From positions 381 to 64,380 of the forward strand of contig CAZDIJ010000008.1 in assembly GCA_964505475.1 (NCBI GenBank): 64,000 nt of DNA. The letters are read 5' to 3'. The translations under genes and the position numbers were made by a program. Under the pieces are notes generated by a model. The model was not told the origin of the DNA and did not search any database. It worked only from the letters and a program-made list of their open reading frames with translations. Position 1 is the stretch's first letter; each line of letters opens with the position of its first letter. Of this stretch, positions 52,187-61,299 are shown in pieces. Source of the DNA: an uncultured Sulfuricella sp. (lineage in GTDB: Bacteria; Pseudomonadota; Gammaproteobacteria; Burkholderiales; Sulfuricellaceae).

Positions 52187-52807
52187 ATGAGCATGAGCGA
52201 AACCAGTAGCGAAATCAGTGCGGAAACACAGGAAAGCGGCGCGGCGGGATTCTGGCGGCGCTACCGCCTGCCGGCCATCGCCGCCGTGATCGGCGTGGTG
52301 GTTGCCGGCTGGCTTTTCATTTCAAAAGACCTGGCCGTGCGCCAGGTGGAAGAAACCGCCGCCGCCCAGCGCGCCGATCTGGTGAAGCAAATCGAGACGC
52401 AAAAGGCGGAAACGCTAAAACAAGCCGCCGCGCAACAGGCCGAGACGGTAAAAAAATCGCTGACGATGTTCGGCGTGCCGCTGGCATGGGCGATACGGCG
52501 CGAAATAATGGCGGACAACCTGGATCAAATCGACCAGTACGTCACCGACCTGCTCAGGCTCGAAGGCTTCGAGCGGGTAATGGTGGCGAAGGCCGACGGA
52601 GCGATCGCCGTGGCCAGCGACCGCAAGCACCTGGGCGCCGCCCTCGGCAGCCTCTACGACGAGCGCCACCTGACGGCGGAACAGATCACCGTGGAGGAAG
52701 CCGCCCCCGGAAAATGGCTGCTGATCGTGCCGCTCATGGGACTGAACGCCCGCCTCGGCACGATGGCCGTCGATTACCAGAGCGCGCCCGCCGCGCCGGG
52801 GCAATAG
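52187..52807 (+). CDS. Hypothetical membrane-anchored protein with a coiled-coil segment
   Basis: One N-terminal TM (..LPAIAAVIGVVVAGWLFI..) followed by an A/Q/E/K-rich helix. ATG 52193 is the better-spaced start relative to GGAGAG. Confidence 0.55.
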   Translation: MSMSETSSEISAETQESGAAGFWRRYRLPAIAAVIGVVVAGWLFISKDLAVRQVEETAAAQRADLVKQIETQKAETLKQAAAQQAETVKKSLTMFGVPLAWAIRREIMADNLDQIDQYVTDLLRLEGFERVMVAKADGAIAVASDRKHLGAALGSLYDERHLTAEQITVEEAAPGKWLLIVPLMGLNARLGTMAVDYQSAPAAPGQ

Positions 52808-52869
52808 CCGCCGGGCACGGGTTTGGCCTTACCGGAACACGGTGCCGCACCCATCGACGCTGGAGTCAT

Positions 52870-52891
52870 TGACAACATATCCGCGTTGTCA
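52870..52891. promoter_or_regulatory. Inverted repeat TGACAAC-N8-GTTGTCA overlapping a TTGACA hexamer, candidate TA operator/promoter
   Basis: Lies 12 bp upstream of the TumE-like ATG at 52903. The -10 region is poor. Confidence 0.3.
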
Positions 52892-52902
52892 GCATATCCA
52901 AC

Positions 52903-53183
52903 ATGAAAGCCCGTAAAATCTTCAACCGCCGTGTCGTTCTGTCCTCCCATGCCTTTCGGAACTGGTCGCCCGGGAAGTCCCCTTGCCGGTTCCCGGATGC
53001 GCGCACAGCTACAAGTATCGGCTGGCCTTGGTGGTAAACGGGATATGCATGCTGCGCTACGATAACGAGCAAGGCAAAGGCGACCACAAGCACCTCGGGG
53101 ACGAGGAAACACCCTATGCGTTCAGCACCCCGGCGCGGCTGGTCGCCGACTTCTGGAACGATGTGACAAGGATGACGAAATGA
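52903..53183 (+). pseudogene. TumE-like (DUF6516) toxin gene interrupted by a frameshift
   Basis: ATG 52903 opens MKARKIFNRRVVLS.. in frame 1. The conserved distal part ..LSELVAREVPLPVPGCAHSYKYRLALVVNGICMLRYDNEQGKGDHKH.. continues in frame 3, and ORF 52983..53183 has only a TTG start. The switch lies near 52940..52955. Family name recalled from memory. Confidence 0.5.
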
Positions 53184-53524
53184 AAACCGTGACCCTGGAA
53201 GTGCGCAAACTCTCCGACACCCTGGCGAACATGGCGCAAACAATGGAGAACAACACGCCGACCGAGCCGCGCATCGCCTTCGAATCGCAGGAACTGCTGT
53301 GGAAAGTCCTCACCCTGAAACGCTGGGAACTGCTGGCGGCGCTGACCGGCGCGGGCGCGATGAGCATCCGCGAAGCCGCGCGGCGCGTTCAACGCGACGT
53401 GAAAGCGGTGCATGGCGACGTCCATGCCCTGCTCGACGCCGGCATCCTGCAAAAAACCGACGACGGCCTGATCGTCTTCCCCTACGACGCGGCGCGCGTC
53501 GATTTCATGCTGCACGCGGCGTAG
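53180..53524 (+). CDS. HTH DNA-binding protein, candidate antitoxin partner (TumA / HVO_A0114-like)
   Basis: ATG overlaps the upstream stop (ATGA). ..RWELLAALTGAGAMSIREAARRVQRDVKAVHGDVHALLDAGIL.. is a winged-HTH-like segment. Confidence 0.55.
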   Translation: MKTVTLEVRKLSDTLANMAQTMENNTPTEPRIAFESQELLWKVLTLKRWELLAALTGAGAMSIREAARRVQRDVKAVHGDVHALLDAGILQKTDDGLIVFPYDAARVDFMLHAA

Positions 53525-53714
53525 CTCACACAGGCTTATCAAGTCTAGCCATTTGAGGCGATCCAGCAAAGGGACACGGCTGTAGGCGATCAGCCGCTCG
53601 TCGGAAATTTCGAGAAGTCGGGGGACGGCATGATCATGCCTACCCCACCATCCCCCTCGCCCCCTCGTCCTCCTTTCTTGTATCATTCCACGCTCTTCCC
53701 CAAAGAGTCGCGCC

Positions 53715-54887
53715 ATGACCGTCCTGCCCCACATCCAACTCAACGCCCCCCGTTTCGTCGCCTTGCGCCGCGACCTCCACGCCCATCCCGAAACCGCCTT
53801 CGAGGAAAAACGCACCGCCGATCTGGTGGCGCAGACCTTGGCGGCGCTGGGCGTCGAGGTGCACCTCGGGCTGGCCGGCACCGGGGTGGTGGGGGTATTG
53901 CGCGCCGGCAGCGGTACGCGCGCCATCGGCTTGCGCGCCGACATGGATGCGCTGCCGGTGCAGGAGCAGAACCGCTTTCCCCATCATTCGCGCGAAGCGG
54001 GGAAGATGCACGCCTGCGGCCATGACGGCCACACCGCGATGCTGCTGGCGGCGGCGGACTACCTGGCGGCGACGCGCAATTTCGACGGCACGGCATATTT
54101 CATCTTCCAGCCCGCCGAGGAAGGCGGCGGCGGGGCGCGGCTGATGATCGAGGAGGGGCTGTTCGAGCGCTTTCCCATGGAGGCGGTGTTCGGCATGCAC
54201 AACTGGCCGGGGCTGGCGGCGGGGCAGTTCGCGGTGATGCCAGGCCCGGTGATGGCTTCGGCCGACCACTTCGACATCGTGGTGCGCGGCCACGGCGCCC
54301 ATGCCGCCATGCCGCATCAGGGGGTAGACCCGGTGGTGGCCGGGGCGGCGCTGGTGCAGGCCTTGCAGGGCATCGTCAGCCGCACCCTCGACCCGCTCGA
54401 CAATGCGGTGCTGAGCGTGACCCGCTTCCATGCCGGCGACGCCTACAACATCATCCCCGAGCAGGCGCTGCTCGCCGGCACGGTGCGCGCTTTCCGCGCG
54501 GAGGTGCAGGCTCAGGTGGAAACGGCGATGGAGCGGGTGTGCAACGGCATCGCGGCGAGCTTCGGGGTGCAGGTGACGCTGGACTACCAGCGCGGCTACC
54601 CGGCCACCGTCAACTCCGCCGCCGAGGCCGAATTATGCCGCCGCGCGGCGGCCGGGCTGGTCGGCGCTGAAAACGTCCACGCCGGCATGCGCGCGTCGAT
54701 GGGCGCGGAAGATTTTTCCTGCATGCTCCAGGCCAAGCCGGGCTGCTATGTGTGGCTGGGCAACGGACTGGGCGAGGGCGGCTGCATGCTGCACAACCCC
54801 CATTACGATTTCAACGACGAGGTTCTGCCGCTCGGCGCGAGCTATTGGGCGCGCCTGGTGGAGCAGACGCTGGGAGGCAAAGCATGA
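53715..54887 (+). CDS. M20-family amidohydrolase (hippurate hydrolase / N-acyl-amino-acid amidohydrolase type)
   Basis: ..LRRDLHAHPETAFEEKRTA..GLRADMDALP..MHACGHDGHTAMLL.. . Confidence 0.88.
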   Translation: MTVLPHIQLNAPRFVALRRDLHAHPETAFEEKRTADLVAQTLAALGVEVHLGLAGTGVVGVLRAGSGTRAIGLRADMDALPVQEQNRFPHHSREAGKMHACGHDGHTAMLLAAADYLAATRNFDGTAYFIFQPAEEGGGGARLMIEEGLFERFPMEAVFGMHNWPGLAAGQFAVMPGPVMASADHFDIVVRGHGAHAAMPHQGVDPVVAGAALVQALQGIVSRTLDPLDNAVLSVTRFHAGDAYNIIPEQALLAGTVRAFRAEVQAQVETAMERVCNGIAASFGVQVTLDYQRGYPATVNSAAEAELCRRAAAGLVGAENVHAGMRASMGAEDFSCMLQAKPGCYVWLGNGLGEGGCMLHNPHYDFNDEVLPLGASYWARLVEQTLGGKA

Positions 54888-54906
54888 TCCTTGAAACCTC
54901 GGTTAG

Positions 54907-54975
54907 CCACGAATGGATACGGATGCATCACGGATTATCCATGACATATCCGTGTAAATCCGTGTCCATCCGCGG
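54907..54975. repeat. Nested hairpin repeat (CCACGAATGGATACGGAT type)
   Basis: Outer arms CCACGAATGGATACGGAT / ATCCGTGTCCATCCGCGG (15/18). Inner arms CACGGAT / ATCCGTG. Confidence 0.5.
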
Positions 54976-54993
54976 AAAAAAAAGGAAGATGGA

Positions 54994-56025
54994 ATGACCG
55001 ACGGCTTGTTCGCCAGCCCCGCCGCCTTCCACCGGGCGTTCTCCGGCGGGCTGGCCGGCCTGCTGGAAAAAGGCGGGCTGGGGCCGTTCATCCTGGTATG
55101 CGCCAACGCCAGTTTCAGCCACGACATTTACACGACCGCGGCGGACGGCCTGCAACGGCTTTACGGCGAACTGCGCGGCGCCTGCGCCGCGGCGCTGGAG
55201 CAGGGGCGCGAAATTCAGGCGGTGGAAGAAGACCTGCTGGTCTTCCTGAAGATCCAGGCGATCGGCCTGGAGCGGCTGAAACCTACCGAAACGCGCCGCG
55301 CCGGGGAGTGGGAAGTGCAATTCAACCACCTCCGTTCGTTCCGCCCCAAGCGCATCACCGCGCGCGTGCCGGAATACCTGCACGCCCCCTTCGACGAGGC
55401 GGGCTTCCATTTCAACAAGGGTTTCATGCAGCAGGAGGCATTCTGGGCCGGCGAGTTGTGCGGCCGCCACGCCACGCTGTACTACAATAAGTACCCCTTC
55501 GTGGATTTCCACGGCCTGCTGGTGCCTGAGCGGGAAAGCCGCCTGGCGCAATATCTCACCGAGTCGCACCACTTTTACTTGTGGGAAGCGACCGCCGAAC
55601 TGGCGAAAACCTTGCCGGGCGCGGGCTTCGGCTATAATTCGCTGGGCGCTTTCGCTTCCGTCAACCACCTGCATTTCCAGATGTTCGTCAAGCCGTCCGG
55701 CTTCCCGGCGATGGCGCCGGAGTGGCGGCACAACGGCGGTTCCCGTCCCTACCCGGCGAATTGCGCGGCCTTCGCCGAGCCGCGCTCGGCCTGGGACTTT
55801 CTCCACGATCTGCACGAGCGCGAAACGCCCTACAACCTGCTCTACGCCGCGAACCGCCTCTATGTCTTCCCGCGCCGCAAGCAAGGCACCTACCCCCAGC
55901 CCGCCTGGACCAGCGGCTTTACCTGGCACGAACTGGCGGGCGGCATCATCGCCTTCAATCGCGAGGACTTTGAACGGCTGGACGCGACGGCTATCGAAAA
56001 GGAGCTGGCCGCACCCGGTCTTTGA
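54994..56025 (+). CDS. HIT-superfamily-like nucleotide phosphorylase/transferase (GDP-hexose phosphorylase-like, HxHxQ variant)
   Basis: ..YNKYPFVDFHGLLVPE.. and ..SVNHLHFQMF.. resemble the GalT/VTC2-branch HIT motif. Assignment by motif only. Confidence 0.45.
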   Translation: MTDGLFASPAAFHRAFSGGLAGLLEKGGLGPFILVCANASFSHDIYTTAADGLQRLYGELRGACAAALEQGREIQAVEEDLLVFLKIQAIGLERLKPTETRRAGEWEVQFNHLRSFRPKRITARVPEYLHAPFDEAGFHFNKGFMQQEAFWAGELCGRHATLYYNKYPFVDFHGLLVPERESRLAQYLTESHHFYLWEATAELAKTLPGAGFGYNSLGAFASVNHLHFQMFVKPSGFPAMAPEWRHNGGSRPYPANCAAFAEPRSAWDFLHDLHERETPYNLLYAANRLYVFPRRKQGTYPQPAWTSGFTWHELAGGIIAFNREDFERLDATAIEKELAAPGL

Positions 56026-56030
56026 TTTTC

Positions 56031-56135
56031 ATGCCTCTGAACCATGGGTATGCGGGGGAAGGTTGGGATGGAGGCAAACACCGGCGGTTAAGCGGGCAAA
56101 CGGCCCCCTCCCCAACCCGCAGGCGGGAGAAGGGA
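56031..56135. repeat. Family A element, left-hand partial copy
   Basis: ATGCCTCTGAACCAT followed by GGGGGAAGGTTGGGATGGAGGCAAACACCGGCGGTTAAGCGGGCAAACGGCCCCCTCCCCAACCC, nearly identical to the interior of the copy at 2796. No right TIR. Confidence 0.65.
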
Positions 56136-56272
56136 CGGTGGCCGGGGATCGCTCGGAGGCCGTTGTCATGGCGGCGGGCGGCGCGATCGGGTTACCGGCG
56201 GCTTTGATTCTTGTGGGATCGCCATTCCTTCCCTAAAATGGGGAAACTCCGTCAATCCAGTGGCACGCCCAA

Positions 56273-57595
56273 TTGTCTACCCCCGTTCTCCGCCGTTCCC
56301 GGCATCTCTGGCTATCGCTCCGGCTGTGGAAACGCCGGCTGGTGTTCTGGTTCGGCGCGATCAGCGTCGGTCTGGCGGCGATTGCCTTTGCCGCCGGCAG
56401 CGATTTGACCAACCACTATTTTCACCTGCTGATCGCCTATTCGCCTTACCTGCCGCTGATCGTCACCCCGTTGGGGCTGGCGCTGGCGGTAGCGATCACC
56501 CGGCGTTTTTTTCCCGGCTCGCAGGGCAGCGGCATTCCCCAAAGCATCGCGGCGCTCGGCATGCAGGAAGCCGAGGCGCGCAATGGCGTGCTGTCGCTGC
56601 GCATCGCCATCGGAAAAATCCTGATGACGCTGCTGGGCTTGCTCTCCGGCGCCTCCGTGGGGCGCGAGGGACCGACGGTGCAGATCGGCGCATCCATCAT
56701 GCACGCGCTGAGCAAATTGACCCGCTTTCCGCGCCGCGAGATGGGGCGCGGCCTGATCCTGGCCGGCGCGGCGGCGGGCATCGCGGCGGCCTTCAACACG
56801 CCGCTCGCCGGGATCGTCTTCGCCATCGAGGAAATGAGCCGCTCGTTCGAGCAGAAAACCAGCGGCACCGTGCTCACCGCGGTCATCATCGCCGGCATGA
56901 CCTCGCTGGCGTTGATGGGCAATTACAATTACTTCGGCCATACCGGGGCGGTATTGGAGTTCAACCAGGGGTGGATCGCGGTGCCGGTCTGCGGCTTTCT
57001 CGGCGGCTTGCTGGGCGGCCTGTTCAGCCAGTTGCTCATCGCCTCCTCGCGCGGCCTGCCGGGACGCCTCGGCGTCATGATGCGCGAACGCCCGGCGGCG
57101 TTCGCCGCGCTGTGCGGCCTGGTTCTGGCGCTGATCGGGCTGGCGTCGGGCAGCACGACTTACGGCACCGGCTACGACGAAGCCAAGCAAATCCTCGAAG
57201 GCACCCAACCCATGCCGGAAACCTATGGCATCCTGAAAATGCTGGCCACGCTGGTTTCCTACATCAGCGGCATCCCCGGCGGGATTTTCGCCCCATCGTT
57301 GGCGGTCGGCGCGGGATTCGGCTCGAACATGGCGCCTTTTCTCCCCTACGCGCCAGCCGGGGCGGTGGTGATCCTGGGCATGGTGGCTTATTTCGCCGGA
57401 GTGGTGCAGGCGCCGATCACCGCTTTCGTGATCGTCATGGAAATGACCGACAACCACGACATGCTGCTGCCGCTCATGGCCGCCTCGCTGATCGCCTCGG
57501 CCTCGTCGCGCCTGGTGTGCAGCAAGCCGCTGTATAAGGCCATGGCGGAAAAATTCCTGGCTCAGGCTCCCCCGAAGACGCCGCCGAGTTCATAG
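56273..57595 (+). CDS. ClC-family voltage-gated chloride channel / H+-Cl- antiporter
   Basis: GSGIPQ, GREGPTVQ and GIFAPSL selectivity-filter motifs. Only a TTG start is available at 56273. Confidence 0.88.
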   Translation: MSTPVLRRSRHLWLSLRLWKRRLVFWFGAISVGLAAIAFAAGSDLTNHYFHLLIAYSPYLPLIVTPLGLALAVAITRRFFPGSQGSGIPQSIAALGMQEAEARNGVLSLRIAIGKILMTLLGLLSGASVGREGPTVQIGASIMHALSKLTRFPRREMGRGLILAGAAAGIAAAFNTPLAGIVFAIEEMSRSFEQKTSGTVLTAVIIAGMTSLALMGNYNYFGHTGAVLEFNQGWIAVPVCGFLGGLLGGLFSQLLIASSRGLPGRLGVMMRERPAAFAALCGLVLALIGLASGSTTYGTGYDEAKQILEGTQPMPETYGILKMLATLVSYISGIPGGIFAPSLAVGAGFGSNMAPFLPYAPAGAVVILGMVAYFAGVVQAPITAFVIVMEMTDNHDMLLPLMAASLIASASSRLVCSKPLYKAMAEKFLAQAPPKTPPSS

Positions 57596-57628
57596 CGGCG
57601 AAAAGCCCCCCCACCGCGCGAGTTCACG

Positions 57629-58153
57629 CTAGTGCTTCTCCCGCTGCATCAGGTAGGATTCCACCAGGGTGAAGAAGCGGTCGTAAAAATCCTTGTCGGA
57701 AATCGTTTCCGCGCCGACCTTGACCAGCGAGTCGGAACTCGACCCCAGCGGCAGGGAAATCGAGCCGAGCGTGGAAATCCCCAGGCTGGTGGACTGATGG
57801 GCTTTTTTCAATTCGTAAACGGTCTGCAAGGCGCTGGCGAAAATGATCGACCCGGAAGGCTGCTCCCGGCACACGACCCTCAGATTAATCACCACATTCG
57901 CCTCGGTGTCCGGCCGAAAATCCTTCTGCGCCGTTACCGTCCCCGGATCGGCGCCGGTGATCCGGTAGCCCTGGCTAAGCAGCGCGAATTGCGCGCTTTC
58001 GCAGACATCCCGCGCCGGTTCGCCGAAATCCCGCCGGTAGGGCGAATCGCCCTTGAATTGTTCCGCCTCGTAAACGCCGTGCGCCACGTTGCGCCCCCCG
58101 CATCCCAGCATGAGAAGCGTGGCCGCCAAAGCGGCGGCAAGGGATGGTTTCAT
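57629..58153 (-). CDS. Lipoprotein (DUF2242-like)
   Basis: Lipobox ..ATLLMLGC at residues 12-18; 174 aa. Confidence 0.65.
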   Translation of the reverse strand: MKPSLAAALAATLLMLGCGGRNVAHGVYEAEQFKGDSPYRRDFGEPARDVCESAQFALLSQGYRITGADPGTVTAQKDFRPDTEANVVINLRVVCREQPSGSIIFASALQTVYELKKAHQSTSLGISTLGSISLPLGSSSDSLVKVGAETISDKDFYDRFFTLVESYLMQREKH

Positions 58154-58186
58154 GCTGTTTCTCCCAAGTAACCGGCATATCCGAAT

Positions 58187-58325
58187 ATGCCTATGAATAA
58201 TTTTCAGGCGCCCTCACCCCCGTCCCTTCTCCCGCAGGCGCACCCTAAAGGGCATAAAGGAGAAGGGGCGGGGATGAGGGAGCACGGGATGCAAGGCAAC
58301 ATCCTGAATATTGTTCATAGGCATG
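58187..58325. mobile_element. MITE-like element, family A, full length
   Basis: TIRs ATGCCTATGAATAATTTTCAGG / CCTGAATATTGTTCATAGGCAT (20/22). A perfect 9-bp duplication TATCCGAAT flanks it (58178..58186 and 58326..58334). Confidence 0.85.
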
Positions 58326-58485
58326 TATCCGAATCCATCCCGCCATTATCCTATAAAAAGCCGCCCAGCTTGGAAAATCGCGCCCGCAAAGCGCGTTACG
58401 CCGATTTCAAAAACAGCTTACCGCGCGGCGAAAGGCCACGCCTGCCGCACTTGATCTTTGTCGCCCGTCTGCGCACAATCTTTAC

Positions 58486-59604
58486 ATGGCGGACTTCCTT
58501 ACCCTATCGCCCCAAGCCTCCGGCGCCAGCCGGGAAATCCGCATCGGCGGAAGCTGGGTGCTGCGGCGCGCCGGCGAACTGGAGCGCATCCTGGAGCGGT
58601 GCGCCTGGCCCGGCGGCGACCTGCTCGTCGACGGAGCGGCGCTGGATGAGATGGATACCGCCGGGGCATGGCTGCTGTTCCGCGCCCTGCGCGATCTGGA
58701 GCAGGCGGGGCGCAAGGTCGAGTTGCGCGGACTGAAGCCCGAGTTCGCTTCGCTCATGGAGATGATCGCGGCGCGCGGCGCGGAGACCTCGGTCAGCCAG
58801 CCGCCGCGGCGTTCCTGGCTGGAACGGCTGGGGCGTAATTTCACGGAGCATTTCGAGCAGGCGGCAGGGATGCTGGCCTTCATCGGCGAGGCCGCCGTGG
58901 CGGGCGCGCGGCTGCTCCGCCAGCCATCCCGGATACGCCTGCGCCCGGTGCTGCACAACATCCAGAGCGCCGGCGTCGAGGCGCTGCCCATCGTCGGCCT
59001 GCTGTCGTTCCTGATCGGCGTGGTGGTGTCCTACCAGGGTGCGGGACAGTTGGCGCGCTACGGCGCCAGCATCTTCGTGGCCGACCTGGTCGGGCTTTCC
59101 ATGCTGCGCGAGATGGGGCCGCTGCTTACCGCGATCATCGTCGCCGGACGCTCGGGGTCGGCGTTCACCGCCCAGATCGGCACCATGAAGGTGACCGAGG
59201 AAGTGGACGCCATGCGCACCATCGGCATCGCGCCCATGGAACTGCTGGTGCTGCCCAAAATCCTCGCCCTGCTGATCGCCCTGCCCCTGCTCACCGTGTA
59301 TGCCGACATCCTCGGCGTGTTCGGCGGCATGGTGATGGCGAAAACCCAGCTCGGCATCAATTTCCACGATTTCCTCGACCGCTTCGACAAGGCGGTCTCG
59401 CTGGCTTCGCTGATGGTCGGCATCGGCAAATCCCTGGCGTTCTCGCTGATCGTGGCGCTGGTGGGGTGCTTCCAGGGGTTCCGGGTAGGCGGCAGCGCCG
59501 ACAGCGTGGGACGGCAGACCACCGTTTCGGTGGTGCAGGCGATTTTTCTGGTGATCGTGATGGACGCAGTGTTTTCCGTCATTTTCAGTTGGCTGAAAAT
59601 ATGA
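58486..59604 (+). CDS. MlaE-family ABC permease with an N-terminal STAS domain
   Basis: The N-terminal ~100 aa are STAS-like (..IGGSWVLRRAGELERIL....LLVDGAALDEMDTAGAWLL..). The rest is MlaE-like (..GPLLTAIIVAGRSGSAFTAQIGTMKVTEEVDAM..). Confidence 0.85.
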   Translation: MADFLTLSPQASGASREIRIGGSWVLRRAGELERILERCAWPGGDLLVDGAALDEMDTAGAWLLFRALRDLEQAGRKVELRGLKPEFASLMEMIAARGAETSVSQPPRRSWLERLGRNFTEHFEQAAGMLAFIGEAAVAGARLLRQPSRIRLRPVLHNIQSAGVEALPIVGLLSFLIGVVVSYQGAGQLARYGASIFVADLVGLSMLREMGPLLTAIIVAGRSGSAFTAQIGTMKVTEEVDAMRTIGIAPMELLVLPKILALLIALPLLTVYADILGVFGGMVMAKTQLGINFHDFLDRFDKAVSLASLMVGIGKSLAFSLIVALVGCFQGFRVGGSADSVGRQTTVSVVQAIFLVIVMDAVFSVIFSWLKI

Positions 59605-60383
59605 CGGCGGAGCAGTACGTGGTCGAGGTAAACGGCATCTGCACCCGTTTCGGCGACGCGGTGGTGCACGACAACGTGAGCCTCGACGTGCGCCGCGGCG
59701 AAATCTTCGCCCTGGCGGGCGGCAGCGGCTGCGGAAAATCCACGCTGCTGCGCGAAATCCTGTTGCTGCAAGCGCCGCAGGCGGGCACGATTAAAGTATT
59801 CGGGGTGCCGGTGCTGGGACTCGACGACGAGGCGGCGCTGCCCTTGCGGCGGCGCTGGGGAGTGATGTTCGAGCGCGGCGCGCTGTTCAGTTCGCTCACC
59901 GTGCTGGAAAACGTGGGGCTGCCGCTACGCGAGCACACCCGCCTGGACGGCGCGCTGATCGACGAACTGGCGGCCTTGAAAATCGCCCTGGCCGGCCTGC
60001 CGCCCAGCGCCGGAGCGAAGTACCCCAGCGAGCTTTCCGGCGGCATGCGCAAGCGCGCCGCCCTGGCGCGCTCCCTGGCGCTGGACCCGGAGCTGGTGTT
60101 CCTCGACGAACCCACCGCCGGCCTCGACCCCCTGAGCGCCAGCGGCTTCGACGAACTGGTGTTGAACCTGAAGGAATCCCTGGGTCTCACCATCATGATG
60201 GTGACGCACGACCTCGACCTGCTGTGGCGGGTGGCAGACCGGGTGGCGGTGCTGGGGGAAAACCGGGTGCTGGGCATCGGCACCATGGAAGAGCTGTCGC
60301 GGGCGGAACATCCCATCATCCGCGAATATTTTTACGGCCCGCGCGGGCGGGCGGCGAAGGAACAAGCGTGGAAACCAAAGTAA
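59601..60383 (+). CDS. ABC transporter ATP-binding protein (MlaF-like)
   Basis: ATG overlaps the permease stop. Walker A GGSGCGKST, signature LSGGMRKRAALAR, Walker B VFLDEP. Confidence 0.88.
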   Translation: MTAEQYVVEVNGICTRFGDAVVHDNVSLDVRRGEIFALAGGSGCGKSTLLREILLLQAPQAGTIKVFGVPVLGLDDEAALPLRRRWGVMFERGALFSSLTVLENVGLPLREHTRLDGALIDELAALKIALAGLPPSAGAKYPSELSGGMRKRAALARSLALDPELVFLDEPTAGLDPLSASGFDELVLNLKESLGLTIMMVTHDLDLLWRVADRVAVLGENRVLGIGTMEELSRAEHPIIREYFYGPRGRAAKEQAWKPK

Positions 60384-61288
60384 ATTACACCCTGGTCGGG
60401 CTTTTCGTGCTGCTGCTCGGCGCGGCGCTGGCGGCCGGCACCCTGTGGCTGAGCGCGGGCGGCGGCTATCGCAAGGTGTACGACACCTACCTGGCCTACA
60501 CCGGCGAATCGGTATCCGGCCTCAACTTCGAGGCGCCGGTCAAGTATCGCGGCGTGGAGGTGGGCAGGGTGAAGCGCATCTCCCTGGATCAGGGCGAAAG
60601 GGTGCGCCTGGAACTGGAAATCGAGCGCGGCACGCCGATCAAGACCAGCACGGTGGCGGTGCTGCGCGTGCAGGGGCTGACCGGGGTGGCCTACGTCGAA
60701 CTCGATGGCGGCACGCGCGACGCCCCCTTGCTCGAGGCGAAGGACGGCGAGAAATACCCCGTGATCGAGACCGGGCCTTCCCTGCTGACGCGCCTGGACT
60801 CGGCGGCCTCCGACCTGCTCACCAGCCTTAACCGGGTTTCCAACAGCATCAACGCGACCCTCGACGAGGACAACCGGAAGTCCTTCAAGAAAATGCTGGC
60901 CGACATGGCGACCCTGACGGGCGCCCTGGCCGTGCGCAAGGACGCCATCGAAGCCAGCCTGCAAGGAGCGGCGCGCACCGCCGAGAACACCGCCAAGGCC
61001 AGCGCCGGATTGCAGCGCCTGATCGAACGCCTGAACGACAGCGCCCAGTCGCTGGAGAAAATGGGGCGGGACGTTTCGCACGCCAGCGCGGTGACCGGCA
61101 AGGTGATGGAAAGCACCGGCGAAAACGTAAGCCAGGCGGCGAACGAGCTGACCCTGGAAATATCGCGCACCCTGGCCGAAATGCGCGAGTTGAGCGCCTC
61201 GCTCAGACAATTGAGCAACGAAGTGGAACGCCATCCCAACATGCTGCTGCTCGGCAAGCAGCCGGCCGCGCCGGGGCCGGGCGAATAG
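60368..61288 (+). CDS. MlaD/MCE-domain protein
   Basis: GTG start overlapping the ATPase end. N-terminal TM, then the MCE core ..GLNFEAPVKYRGVEVGRVKRISL.. . Confidence 0.8.
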   Translation: METKVNYTLVGLFVLLLGAALAAGTLWLSAGGGYRKVYDTYLAYTGESVSGLNFEAPVKYRGVEVGRVKRISLDQGERVRLELEIERGTPIKTSTVAVLRVQGLTGVAYVELDGGTRDAPLLEAKDGEKYPVIETGPSLLTRLDSAASDLLTSLNRVSNSINATLDEDNRKSFKKMLADMATLTGALAVRKDAIEASLQGAARTAENTAKASAGLQRLIERLNDSAQSLEKMGRDVSHASAVTGKVMESTGENVSQAANELTLEISRTLAEMRELSASLRQLSNEVERHPNMLLLGKQPAAPGPGE

Positions 61289-61299
61289 GAGAACGAAGC

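Noticed and set aside
53525-53625. Minus-strand peptide ..LEISDERLIAYSRVPLLDRLKWLD.. that looks like the end of a small regulatory or antitoxin-type protein
   Set aside because: No start codon or upstream coding continuation exists, and the frame then runs antisense into the HTH gene. At most it is a decayed gene remnant, and I cannot assign it.
56260-56276. TGGCACGCCCAATTGT as a sigma54 promoter upstream of the ClC gene
   Set aside because: The TTG element is one base out of register (no GC at the -12 position), and the sequence overlaps the only available start codon of the gene.
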